NCBI GenBank assembly: GCA_964016885.1
Contig: OZ024763.1
Span: 19,096,001-19,160,000, forward strand
DNA length: 64,000 bases
Direction of reading: 5' to 3'
Origin: Eledone cirrhosa
Lineage: Eukaryota
Positions 13,104 to 28,164 of the stretch are shown here, piece after piece (position 1 is the first letter of the stretch; every line of letters begins with the position of its first letter). The notes beneath the pieces are model-generated. The model was not told where the DNA came from. It ran no database searches and saw nothing but the letters and a program-made list of their open reading frames with translations. The position numbers and the translations under genes are program-made.

Positions 13104-13742
13104 TTAACCCTTTACCATTCAAACCGGCTGTATCCGGTCAGGATTCTCTCACCTTTTTTCTGTTCAAACTGGCCATAACTGGCCAATCATACTGATGTTA
13201 AGGTATTGTTCTCAAGATAAATAATTGTTTCTACTTTTAGCACAAGGCCAGCAATTACCCAGTACATTACTGGTACTTTATTTTATCGACCCCGTAAGGA
13301 TGAAAGGCAAAGTTAACCTCGGCGGGATTTGAACTCAGAATGGCAAGGGCCGTAACTCTATGCGTCAAAGCATGGCGTCCAACTCTCTACCGATACTGCC
13401 AATTCAAGATAAATAATATCAAAATCTCATAGATTCGATATTATGTGAGATAATTATGTGAGGTAAAGCCTTTACCATGAAAATATAATAGTATATATAG
13501 AGTAATGTAAATGTTATGTGAGATAATTATGTGAGGTAAAGCCTTTACCATGAAAATATAATAGTATATAGAGAGTAATGTAAATGGTATGTGAGATATT
13601 ATGTGAGGTAAAGCCTTTACCATGAAAATATAATAGTATATAGAGAGTAATGTAAATGGTATGTGAGATATTATGTGAGGTAAAGCCTTTACCATGAAAA
13701 TATAATAGTATATAGAGAGTAATGTAAATGCTAAAGGGTTAA
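13104..13742. mobile_element. piggyBac-type MITE with nested SINE B and ~4 x 72-bp internal repeats
   Basis: TTAA|CCCTTTA ... TAAAGGG|TTAA termini. Confidence 0.75.
13223..13403 (-). mobile_element. SINE family B with target-site duplication
   Basis: Flanked by direct repeat TCAAGATAAATAAT. Confidence 0.85.
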
Positions 13743-14071
13743 AGGACACCCATGGCTTTCTGAGAAGGTCAAAGCCTGGCTGGTTTAGATGTCGGGTCTT
13801 GGACGAGGTCCTGGTGGGTAAACCAGGATCTTTGCCACTCTTTCTTCAAATCAATGTTATAATTCTTTCTACCATTAGTCCAAGACCAGCAATTTGGACG
13901 AAGGGGAAACCCAATTACATCAACCCCAGTATTTAACTGGTACTTTATTTTATCAAGGTACATTCATCATGCTAGATATAGCAGTCAAACCTCCCTCAAG
14001 CACCACAAGATCAGAAAGAGAGAACATATGTGTGTGTGCACAAGTGTCTGTATGTATGTATGTATATAAAA

Positions 14072-14110
<39 letters not shown>

Positions 14111-14912
14111 TGAGTGAATGTGTGTGAGTGTATATGTGTGTTTGTAAATGTATGTGTGAAGATGTGTGTAACTATGGGAAAATGTGAAGTATATATATGT
14201 GTTTGTTTTTTTGCATGTGTGTGTATGTGTTTAGGTCAGAATGTAAGTATGTGTGAGTGTGTGAGTATGAGGTATATATGTGTGTTTATGCGTGTGTGTG
14301 TGTGTGTGTGTGTGTTTGGATCAGAGTGTGTATGAGTGTGAGGTATATGTATGAGATATATATATGCGTGCATGCATGTGTGTGAGGTATAATTTATGCA
14401 TTTATGCATGTGTGCGTATGAGTGAGATATATACATATATGTATGTGTCAGCACTCTCTCTTCTACTCCCCCTCTCACAACCATCCACTCCCTTCCCCCT
14501 CCCTCTCTCCTACTCCCCTCTCACTCTCCTCTATAATCCACCCCCCCCACCTCCGACACTTGCTCTCTCTCTCTTTAGTCACATGACAACAGACAACTGT
14601 GTCAGATGGTCACTGTAAATAACCTCTCCCCCTCCTCCGCTACCAGTATAATAATGATACTAAAATGACAGCTGACTGATGGCCCTGGGGTGAGGGGTCA
14701 CGTGGGGGTGCAGCAACCAGCTGGTGGTGACAGACAGGTGACTTCTCTCTTCTGTTATCCCTGGATATTCCAAGGACACCTGAAGCAGGTGAAGAAAAGA
14801 AAAAAAAGAAAAGAAATAACCAGGTGAAACTGGCCTTAATTAACATCCCTACACACGGCTATGGTGGGGGTGGGGACAGAGTTGGTCCCCTGAACCACAT
14901 TCCTACACACTG

Positions 14913-16870
14913 ACGCTGATAAGAAGGTAGCTTAGAAGTGTCACTACGAAAGGCTACTAAATGAGGAGAATAAATGGGAGAAAGACAGTCTCCCCCACAT
15001 CGATCCAATAGAGGGACCAGCAGTGTTAGTCGAAGGTAGTATAATAAGTAAGGCAATCAAAGATATGAAGACGGGTAAGGCGGCTGGGCCTTCGGAAATA
15101 GTTGCTGAAATGCTGAAAGCTTCTGGAACGGTGGGACACACTATGGTCACCCGGATAGTAAACGAAGTCATACAGAATGGGGTTGTTCCGAAGGACTGGC
15201 GTAGCATCATCATCATTAACTGCTACAAGGGTAAAGGAGATGCCCTAGATATGGGTAACTATAGAGGCATTAAATTAATCGACCAGGTCATGAAGGTCAC
15301 AGAAAAAGTAATAGCGCAACTAATCAGAGAGCGAATTGATCTAGATGAAATGCAGTTCGGGTTTGTGTCAGGTAAAAGTACCACAGACACTCTTTTCCTT
15401 GTATGACAACTACAGGAGAAGTACCTAGCTAAAAGTAAACCCCTATACTAAGCTTTTGTCGACTTGGAGAAAGCCTTTGACAGAGTCCCCCGTTCCATTA
15501 TCTGGTGGGCTCTTAGAAAACTAGGTGTTGAATGGCTTGTGAGAGCTATACTAGCCATGTATAAAGAAACAGTCAGCAAGGTTAGAATTAACAATGAATA
15601 TAGTGAAGAGTTTAGCGTAAAAGTTGGTGTTCATCAGGGCTCCGTTCTTAGCCCCCTACTATTTATTATTGCCCTTCAGGCTATAACAGTGGAGTTCAAG
15701 ACTGGCTGCCCATGGGAACTCCTATACGCAGATGATCTAACGCTCATAGCTGAATCAATGGCCGAGCTAGAGAAGAAATTCCAAACATGGAAGCACGGCC
15801 TAGAATCAAAAGGCCTTAAAATTAACCTGGCTAAGACTAAAGTTCTAGTTTGTAGGAAGGAAAATAAGGCGCCGGTCCCAGCCGGGAAATGGCCATGCTC
15901 AGTGTGTAGGAAAGGCGTAGGTAGAAACTCCATTTTATGTCCCAAATGCAAAGTATGGGTGCATAAAAGATGTAGTGGGATCACAGGTAAGCTAATTAAG
16001 AACATAGATTTTACATGTGGCCGGTGCTCTGGTGCAATAAGTAGCAGCAAGTGCACACAAAATACTAGCTCTTTCAATTGCATAGAGGGTTCTATAGAAA
16101 TAGTGGACAGCTTCCGTTACCTGGGTGACAAAATCAGCAGTGGGGGAGGGTGCTCTGAAAGTACAGTAGCTAGAGTCAGAACTGGATGGAAAAAGTTCAG
16201 AGAGCTTATACCACTATTAGCCGCTAAAGGGTTCTCCCTAAAAATGAAAGGCAGGCTGTATGATGCCTGCATACGAACAGCAATGTTGCATGGCAGTGAG
16301 ACCTGGGCATGAAAGACGACAGCTGTATAAAAAAGTGCAGAGCAATAAAAATAGACGGTAGCCACGGAGTAGGCAGACCCAGAAAAACCTGGGACGACTT
16401 GATAAATTCCGACCTCACACACTTACACCTCTCCAAGACAATGTCACTGGACCGAGATCTTTGGCGGTACTCAGTAATAGAGAAGACCCGCCTTACCTAA
16501 ATACAAAGTAAAACCTACTACAGTCAGTAGGCACCTCTAACAAAATACACCCCCGTCCCACTACCCCCACCCCATCCCTTTCAACGTAAAGTTATGTTGG
16601 TGCTGCGCCATAGGCCGAAACAAATGAGATCGTGTAGGTGTCACGACAAAAAAACACACAGTCCACGCTGTAATGTGGCCGTGTAGGCAACACGGTAAAA
16701 ACCTCCCAGCCCCACACTGTAAACGTGGTTGGTGTTAGGAAGGGCATCCAGCTGTAGAAAACCCGCCAGACAGTCCTATGCGAGCAAGACAACCACTCTT
16801 GCCTGAAGTGGGACAACTCCCGTCCAAACCCATGCTAGCGTGGAAGATGGATGTTAAACGATGATGATGA
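14913..16870 (+). pseudogene. 5'-truncated RTE LINE (subfamily A): RT domain, PHD-type finger, 3' UTR and (GAT)n tail; inactivated
   Basis: ORFs 15023-15406, 15464-16312, 16309-16500; KAFDRV, GVHQGSVLSPLLF, LYADD; in-frame stops near 15404 and 15449; internal deletion at 16308. Confidence 0.93.
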
Positions 16871-16879
16871 GTCAAGGCT

Positions 16880-19530
16880 GAGTTAGCCCCCATACCACAT
16901 CCCTACCTTGGTCCCCAGATCACATCCCTACTCACTGCTATGGGGACAGAGTTGGGCCCCAGACCACATCCCTACTCACTGCTATGGGGACAGAGTTGGG
17001 CCCCAGACCACATCCCTACTCACTGCTATAGGGACAGAGTTGGCCCTCAGACCACATCCCTACTCACTGCTATGGGGACAGAGTTGGCCCTCAGACCACA
17101 TCCCTACTCACTGCTGTAGGGACAGAGTTGGCCCCCAGACCACATCCCTACTCACTGCTATGGGGACAGAGTTGGCCCTCAGACCACATCCCTACTCACT
17201 GCTGTAGGGACAGAGTTGGCCCTCAGACCACACCCCTACTCACTGCTATGGGGACAGAGTTGGCCCTCAGACCACACCCCTACTCACTGCTATAGGGACA
17301 GAGTTGGCCCTCAGACCACATCCCTACTCACTGCTGTAGGGACAGAGTTGGCCCTCAGACCACATCCCTACTCACTGCTGTAGGGACAGAGTTGGCCCTC
17401 AGACCACACCCCTACTCACTGCTGTAGGGACAGAGTTGGCCCTCAGACCACACCCCTACTCACTGCTATGGGGACAGAGTTGGCCCTCAGACCACATCCC
17501 TACTCACTGCTATAGGGACAGAGTTGGCCCTCAGACCACACCCCTACTCACTGCTATGGGGACAGAGTTGGCCCTCAGACCACATCCCTACTCACTGCTA
17601 TAGGGACAGAGTTGGCCCTCAGACCACACCCCTACTCACTGCTATGGGGACAGAGTTGGCCCTCAGACCACACCCCTACTCACTGCTATGGGGACAGAGT
17701 TGGCCCTCAGACCACATCCCTACTCACTGCTATAGGGACAGAGTTGGCCCTCAGACCACACCCCTACTCACTGCTATGGGGACAGAGTTGGCCCTCAGAC
17801 CACACCCCTACTCACTGCTATGGGGACAGAGTTGGCCCTCAGACCACATCCCTACTCACTGCTATAGGGACAGAGTTGGCCCTCAGACCACACCCCTACT
17901 CACTGCTATGGGGACAGAGTTGGCCCTCAGACCACACCCCTACTCACTGCTATGGGGACAGAGTTGGCCCTCAGACCACATCCTTACTCACTGCTATGGG
18001 GACAGAGTTGGCCCTCAGACCACACCCCTACTCACTGCTATGGGGACAGAGTTGGCCCTCAGACCACACCCCTACTCACTGCTGTAGGGACAGAGTTGGC
18101 CCTCAGACCACATCCCTACTCACTGCTGTAGGGACAGAGTTGGCCCTCAGACCACATCCCTACTCACTGCTATGGGGACTGAGTTGGGCCCCAGACCACA
18201 CCCCTACTCACTGCTATGGGGACAGAGTTGGCCCTCAGACCACATCCCTACTCACTGCTATGGGGACAGAGTTGGCCCCCAGACCACATCCCTACTCACT
18301 GCTATGGGGACAGAGTTGGCCCTCAGACCACACCCCTACTCACTGCTGTAGGGACAGAGTTGGGCCCCAGACCACACCCCTACTCACTGCTGTAGGGACA
18401 GAGTTGGCCCTCAGACCACATCCCTACTCACTGCTGTAGGGACAGAGTTGGCCCTCAGACCACATCCCTACTCACTGCTGTAGGGACAGAGTTGGGCCCC
18501 AGACCACACCCCTACTCACTGCTATGGGGACAGAGTTGGCCCTCAGACCACATCCTTACTCACTGCTATGGGGACAGAGTTGGCCCTCAGACCACATCCC
18601 TACTCACTGCTATGGGGACAGAGTTGGCCCTCAGACCACATCCTTACTCACTGCTGTAGGGACAGAGTTGGCCCTCAGACCACATCCCTACTCACTGCTA
18701 TAGGGACAGAGTTGGCCCTCAGACCACATCCTTACTCACTGCTATGGGGACAGAGTTGGCCCTCAGACCACACCCCTACTCACTGCTATGGGGACAGAGT
18801 TGGCCCTCAGACCACATCCCTACTCACTGCTGTAGGGACAGAGTTGGCCCTCAGACCACATCCCTACTCACTGCTATGGGGACAGAGTTGGCCCTCAGAC
18901 CACACCCCTACTCACTGCTGTGGGGACAGAGTTGGCCCTCAGACCACATTCCTACTCACTGCTATGGGGACAGAGTTGGCCCTCAGACCACATCCCTACT
19001 CACTGCTATAGGGACAGAGTTGGCCCTCAGACCACATCCCTACTCACTGCTGTAGGGACAGAGTTGGGCCCCAGACCACATCCCTACTCACTGCTGTAGG
19101 GACAGAGTTGGGCCCCAGACCACATCCCTACTCACTGCTATGGGGACAGAGTTGGTCCTCAGACCACATCCCTACTCACTGCTGTAGGGACAGAGTTGGG
19201 CCCCAGACCACATCCCTACTCACTGCTATGGGGACAGAGTTGGCCCTCAGACCACATCCCTACTCACTGCTATAGGGACAGAGTTGGCCCTCAGACCACA
19301 TCCTTACTCACTGCTATGGGGACAGAGTTGGTCCTCAGACCACATCCCTACTCACTGCTATAGGGACAGAGTTGGCCCTCAGACCACATCCTTACTCACT
19401 GCTATGGGGACAGAGTTGGTCCTCAGACCACATCCCTACTCACTGCTATAGGGACAGAGTTGCCCCTCAGACCACATCCCTACTCACTGATATAGGTGTG
19501 AAGTTGGCCCCCTGACCACATCCCTACTCA
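16880..19530. repeat. 44-bp minisatellite, about 60 copies
   Basis: Unit GGGGACAGAGTTGGCCCTCAGACCACATCCCTACTCACTGCTAT with a few recurring variants; no spacers. Confidence 0.97.
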
Positions 19531-19739
19531 GGGAGGCGAAGGCATACAGCCATAGAAAGTTTGGTAAACAAAGGATTGGAAGTACAACTTCCTCTGTGTA
19601 CTTAATAGAATGTGAGACCGTAGATAAGTAGACGACAGATCCCTGGCTTGTCTGGGAGGTCAGTAGCCCGACTTCAGTACTGACTTGGTCTATGTAGACC
19701 CATCCAACCCTTGCTAGCAGGGAATGCAGATGTCAAAAT

Positions 19740-20410
19740 GATGGCAACTGACTTGGTAGACACCAACAAAATTATTAACCATCTTGCCAACAATAACCCT
19801 GAGCACCTTTTTGAATTCCATGTGTCTAACACATGTGGGCATGCCTACAAAATCAGAAAACAGTACAGCTCTCATGACTTTCAGAAACATGTTTTCACAC
19901 TCAGAGTTGCTGAAGCATGGAACAAACTACTTGCACCAGTTGTTAGCTGTCGAGACACTGCATCCTTTAAAACCTCCATGAAACAAACTACCTACATCAG
20001 TTGTTAGCTGTCGAGACACCGCATCCTTTAAAACCTCCATGGAACAAACTACCTGCATCAGTTGTTAGCTGTCGAGACACTGCATCCTTTAAAACCTCCA
20101 TGGAACAAACTACCTGCATCAGTTGTTAGCTGTCGAGATACTGTCTCCTTTAAAACCTCCATGGAACAAACTCCCTGCACCAGATGCGGGACCCTGCATC
20201 CTTCAAAACTTCCATGCTTCCTGAAATTCGGCAACACTACACCCGATATTCCCCCTCCATACACATGCACGCATGTGTGTGTCTGTATGTATATCATGAC
20301 TCATACACTGTTCACATTTCCTTACATTTTTACATTATTCTATGTACTATACATGCACCTTTGATGAGTTGTAGTGCATCTGAGCACTGTACACAATAAT
20401 TTTCATTATC
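19740..20410 (+). mobile_element. CR1-like LINE 3' fragment with ~4 x 61-bp internal tandem repeat
   Basis: TCGHAYKIRKQ...FTLRVAEAWNKL...VVS...SFK resembles the CR1 ORF2 C-terminal signature. Confidence 0.75.
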
Positions 20411-20828
20411 GCTAGGCTGATAATAAAGACATATTTTTAACCATCATTTTATCAATATATATTACCAAGTCATACTCCATTTTTAACAGTGACTGTAGTC
20501 AGTTAGTACTGACTTAGGGATTCGTAGACATTTATTTCAAGAAATTGACTAATCTCTTTAGTAACAAAGGCTAATCTCTCTCACACACACGTCACCCTGG
20601 GTCTCAAAAATTAGGGACTTAAAAACAAAAGCCTCTTCATATGGCAGGTGGGGGATTGAGGGGCAAGACTGAACAATAAACCTGAATGTAAGTAATTAAG
20701 GTGTTATACCAACACATACACACACACACACACACATACACGCAGAGAGATACCCACACGCACACAAAGATATACACATAATGCTTAGAAAAGAAGTTCA
20801 ACCTTGCTATATATATATATATATATAT

Positions 20829-21038
20829 ATAACAAAGGAAATGTGGTAAGGAACCAGATGGACCATAACGCACCAAAGTACTCAATACTTAGGGTAGTAG
20901 AGTGGGTAATAGGAACGAGTAGGACCCCGACGGCTGAGCTCAAGCCGTTTCGACGGCTAATTCTGAACTAAAATTTTAGTCCAGAATTAGCCGTCGAAAC
21001 GGCTTGAGCTCAGCCGTCGGGGTCCTACTCATTCCTAT
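20829..21038. mobile_element. Family F element with terminal 130-bp palindrome and 3' half of a hammerhead
   Basis: Other copies at 27730-27850, 28449-28570, 42026-42353, 21292-21335, 43225-43300; mostly next to (TA)n. Confidence 0.75.
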
Positions 21039-21219
21039 ATATATATATACACATACACACACACATATATATATATATACAAATATATATATATATATAT
21101 ATATACAAACATATAACAAAGCAAACAACACAGTACAATAAAGAAATATATTAATTTAAGGTTTTATATATCCTCATCATCATCTTCGTTTAACGTCCAT
21201 TTTCCACGCTAGCATGGGT

Positions 21220-21282
<63 letters not shown>

Positions 21283-21385
21283 TTATTTATATATAGGAAA
21301 AGAGTCAGGACCCCGACAGCTGAGCTCTGGCCGTATAAAGAGAGAGCATTAAATGTGTAGGAATGTATAGACATACAATACTCAT

Positions 21386-22240
21386 TAACTCTTTAGTATT
21401 TAAACCAGCCATATCCAGCCAAGATCCTCTCACCTCTTTCTGTTCAAACCGGCTGTAACTGGCCACTCATACTGACGTTAAGGTATTGTTCTTAAAATAA
21501 ATAATATCAAAATCTTGTAGATTCGATATTATGTGAGGTAAAGCCTTTACCATGAAAATATAATAGTATATATAGAGTAATGTAAATGTTATGCGAGATA
21601 TTATGTGAGGTAAAGCCTTTACTGTGAAAGTACAATAGTATATATAGAGTAATGTAAATGTTATGCGAGATATTATGTGAGGTAAAGCCTTTACTGTGAA
21701 AGTACAATAGTATATATAGAGTAATGTGAATGTTATGTGAGATATTATGTGAGGTGAAGCCTTTACTGTGAAAATACAATAGTATATATAGAGTAATGTA
21801 AATGTTATGTGAGATATTATGTGAGGTAAAGCCTTTACTGTGAAAATATAATAGTATATATAGAGTAATGTAAATGTTATGTGAGATATTATGTGAGGTA
21901 AAGCCTTTACTGTGAAAGTACAATAGTATATATAGAGTCATGTAAATGTTATGTGAGATATTATGTGAGGTAAAGCCTTTACTGTGAAAATACAATAGTA
22001 TATAGAGAGTCATGTAAATGTTATGTGAGATATTATGTGAGGTAAAGCCTTTACTGTGAAAATACAATAGTATATAGAGAGTCATGTAAATGTTATGTGA
22101 GATATTATGTGAGGTAAAGCATTTACTGTGAAAATACAATAGTATATAGAGAGTCATGTAAATGTTATGTGAGATATTATGTGAGGTAAAGCATTTACTG
22201 TAAAAAAACAATAGCAATGTGAATGGTAATGGGCTAATGG
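21386..22240. repeat. piggyBac-type MITE expanded into a 72-bp tandem array (~9.5 copies)
   Basis: Starts TTAACTCTTTAGTATTTAAACC; 72-bp period seen as the 24-aa repeat in ORF 21507-22262. Confidence 0.85.
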
Positions 22241-22384
22241 AGTTTAACCCTTTCATAACCACATTCCTAATGAGATATACAGGGTTTTAATTAATTGATT
22301 GACGAATTGGGAAAGATTTATTAAAATGTTTAATTATTTCAGTATTTAGATATGATAGGAGTGAGTGTGTAATATGTGAATATA

Positions 22385-24740
<2,356 letters not shown>

Positions 24741-25084
24741 TAGGTACCCAGACAGGTTGTTACCACACCTATTTAGGTGTCATTTAATCAATGTTACAAC
24801 TCATTAGTTAAAACCTACCTTTCACTTAACGAACCTGTTAGATCACAAATGAACAGCTGACATCTTCACTATAACTGCTGATATATATATATATATATAT
24901 ACACACATAAATATACATATACTCACACATATATACATATACTCACACACACATTATATATATATATATATAAACAAATAAATATATATATATATAAATA
25001 TAACAAATAAATATAAATATATATGTTGATGATGATGATACATGTATGTATATATATATATATATACGAAATACATAGAAAATA

Positions 25085-25133
<49 letters not shown>

Positions 25134-25548
25134 GTGTATATGTGTGTGTACATACTACAAGAAATACTGGTATAGTAAGGCTGCTGGTTTACCAAAGCAA
25201 GTTTGTGTAAAGTAATTAAAACTGGAAACTGCAGTATGTCTTAGCAAACATACCACATACATAACATTGCACCTTTGTGTTTTATAGAGAGAGAGAGAGA
25301 GAGAGAGAGTGAGATGTGAAGACGAATGGCTGAGTGGTTAGAGAATTGGATTCGCAATGGTGAGGTTGTGAGTTTGATTCCCAGACCGGGCGATGCGTTA
25401 TGTCCTTGAGCAAGACACTTTATTTCACGTTGCTCCTTCTACCTGGAGTTGCAACCGATAGATAGTACTAGCAATTGAAAAGAAGGATGGAAACATTGTT
25501 TCCCTGGTCTGATTTGACGAAAGTCGATTGACTGTCAATATATATATA

Positions 25549-26076
25549 TAAGTTTAGGGAGCTGCTTCCTCTGTTGACAAAGAAGGGTTTCTCCCTGCGT
25601 ACGAAAGGCCGGTTGTATGATGCCTGTGTGAGGAGCGCGATGCTGCATGGTAGTGAGACATGGGCAGCAACCGCAGAGGATATGCGACGGCTGGAGAGGA
25701 ATGAGGCAAGCATGCTCCGTTGGATGTGCAATGTAAATGTGCGTGAACGACCCAGCATAAATGTGTTGAGAGAGAAACTGTGTCTGAGAGGGATAGAATG
25801 TAGTGTACGGGAGAGGAGACTGAGGTGGTATGGACATGTGATGCGCATGGAGGATGACCGATGGGTGAAGAAGTGCCAGGAAATGCCAGTTGAAGGAAGA
25901 CGTGGTAGAGGTAGACCACGAAAAACATGGGCGGAGGTGGTGAGAACAGACCTCAGATTATTGAAGCTCACGGTGGAGATGACGAAGGACCGTGACGAGT
26001 GGAGAGATGCTGTGCTGAATAAGACCCATCTCACCCTTGCAAGCAGGGAAAAGCGGACGTAAAATGATGATGATGA

Positions 26077-26080
<4 letters not shown>
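25549..26080 (+). mobile_element. 5'-truncated RTE LINE (subfamily C)
   Basis: ORF 25574-26062 ends ASREKRT-stop directly before (GAT)n; flanked by (TA)n. Confidence 0.92.
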
Positions 26081-26117
<37 letters not shown>

Positions 26118-26453
26118 TAACAGATAAATGCTGCTTTCACCCTTAATAGGATCTTCTGAAACTCAGAAACTTTGTTTCAGAAGATCCCGTTAAGGGAGAA
26201 AGCAACGATTCTTTGCTTAAACTTTAATTTTAATAAATATTTGCTCTGTAGTTTTTATATATATTTATATATATATTATCCTTATCGAGCCCTCTTCGGA
26301 TTTTAGTCTTCACATTTAATATTATTATTATGGTGTCAGAGTGTCGGACGCCATGCTTTGACGCATAGAGTTACGGCCCTTGCCATTCTGAGTTCAAATC
26401 CCGCCGTAGGACAGAACAAAGGAGAGGCACAAAAACAAAGAAAGGAATCCCCA

Positions 26454-26496
26454 GTCACTGAAGAGGTCACAGAATGTGTGACGAAAGAACTTTGAC
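26454..26496 (+). ncRNA. Minimal type I hammerhead ribozyme
   Basis: GTCA-CTGAAGA-G-GTCAC-agaatgt-GTGAC-GAA-AG-aa-CT-T-TGAC. Confidence 0.75.
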
Positions 26497-26887
26497 AATA
26501 TATAAACAACCATCTGGTTGTGGAACCAACCAACCAGCCGGAAATTTATAAATTCCTAAATTTATAAATTTATTATAATAAATTGAAGTAAAAGCAACTG
26601 GTGCGTGTGTTCCTTATTGGCAACATGACTCTCCCAAAGTATAACAATATCGGTTTCAACACATGTTTTCAGATAAAGAATCTTGCTAAACAAATTCAGA
26701 AACGAAATATATATATATATATACATTTAAGTTTGGTGGTTCACCACTCAGTAGAACTGGTCATACATATACATGCTTGTGTCTATATCTATGGATTATA
26801 TACAAGTTTCTACCTAGACATTATTTATCCCAACTTGTAGAAATCTTATAACGAAACGATCATCTGGAAGGATATAGAGATTTATTT

Positions 26888-27530
26888 AAAACACGGTAAA
26901 AACCTCCCAGCCCCACACTGTAAATGTGGTTGGCGTTAGGAAGGGCATCCAGCTGTAGAAAACCCGCCAGACAGTCCACGCTGTAATGTGGCCGTGTAGG
27001 CAACACGGTAAAAACCTCCCAGCCCCACACTGTAAATGTGGTTGGTGTTAGGAAGGGCATCCAGCTGTAGAAAACCCGCCAGACAGTCCACGCTGTAATG
27101 TGGCCGTGTAGGCAACACGGTAAAAACCTCCCAGCCCCACACTGTAAATGTGGTTGGCGTTAGGAAGGGCATCCAGCTGTAGAAAACCCGCCAGACAGTC
27201 CACGCTGTAATGTGGCCGTGTAGGCAACACGGTAAAAACCTCCCAGCCCCACACTGTAAATGTGGTTGGTGTTAGGAAGGGCATCCAGCTGTAGAAAACC
27301 CGCCAGACAGTCCACGCTGTAATGTGGCCGTGTAGGCAACACGGTAAAAACCTCCCAGCCCCACACTGTAAATGTGGTTGGTGTTAGGAAGGGCATCCAG
27401 CTGTAGAAAACCCGCCAGACAGTCCTATGCGAGCAAGACAACCACTCTTGCCTCAAGTGGGAAAACCCCCGTCCAAACCCATGCAAGTGTGGAATATGGA
27501 CGTTAAACGTTGATGATGATGATGATGATG
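26888..27530 (+). mobile_element. RTE subfamily A 3' UTR amplified as 112-bp tandem units (~4.7 copies)
   Basis: 112-bp periodicity (ORF ends 26936, 27048, 27160); ends (GAT)n; splits a hammerhead-family element spanning ~26770-27690. Confidence 0.9.
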
Positions 27531-27699
27531 TCTCATATAAAATAATACAACCAACTTTCCACAGAATACTATATAGTTAGCACCCCAAACACTAAATTGG
27601 GATAATACTTAAGTATATCCTAATGTTTGTTGAGTGAGATGGAGTTGGTCAGAGTATTGCTTAAAGCTTTCTCTGTTAATGTATTAAATATATATATTT

Positions 27700-27732
<33 letters not shown>

Positions 27733-27915
27733 ACGAAGGAAATGTGGTAAGGAACCAGGTGGACCATAACGCACCAAAGTACTCAATACTTAGGGTAGTA
27801 GAGTGGGTAATAGGAACAAGTAAGACCCCGGGGTCTTACTTATCCCTTATATATATATATATATATATATAGATAATAATATATAAGATCAAAAGATGGT
27901 TAAAAGAGTTCCATG

Positions 27916-27986
27916 TATTTTATTATGCGCATTTCAAAAACAAATATCATCATGCAATAACATTTGCGTTTTCATCAGATAAAATA
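27916..27986 (-). ncRNA. Type I hammerhead ribozyme within a ~230-bp TA-flanked element (27886-28117)
   Basis: TATTTTAT-CTGATGA-[hairpin]-GAA-ATGCGCAT-A-ATAAAATA; 8-bp stem I. Confidence 0.85.
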
Positions 27987-28118
27987 GGGAGACATGATAT
28001 GAAGGTTAAAACACACTTGTGGATAGTGCAGTTTTAAATCAACATATGAAATGTAGAGTGCTACTTATCCGATATCTGCATTACTTTATTGTACTACAAT
28101 AAAACTCACCTCCTACAT

Positions 28119-28149
<31 letters not shown>

Positions 28150-28164
28150 ATATATATAAGATTT

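Noticed and set aside
16880-19530. CRISPR-like array or repeat protein
   Set aside because: Contiguous 44-bp units without unique spacers, no cas genes, eukaryotic context, and the unit length is not a multiple of three.
25471-25540. TTGAAAA...GACGAAAGTCGATT hammerhead-like sequence
   Set aside because: The cleavage position would be G and stem II is not well formed.
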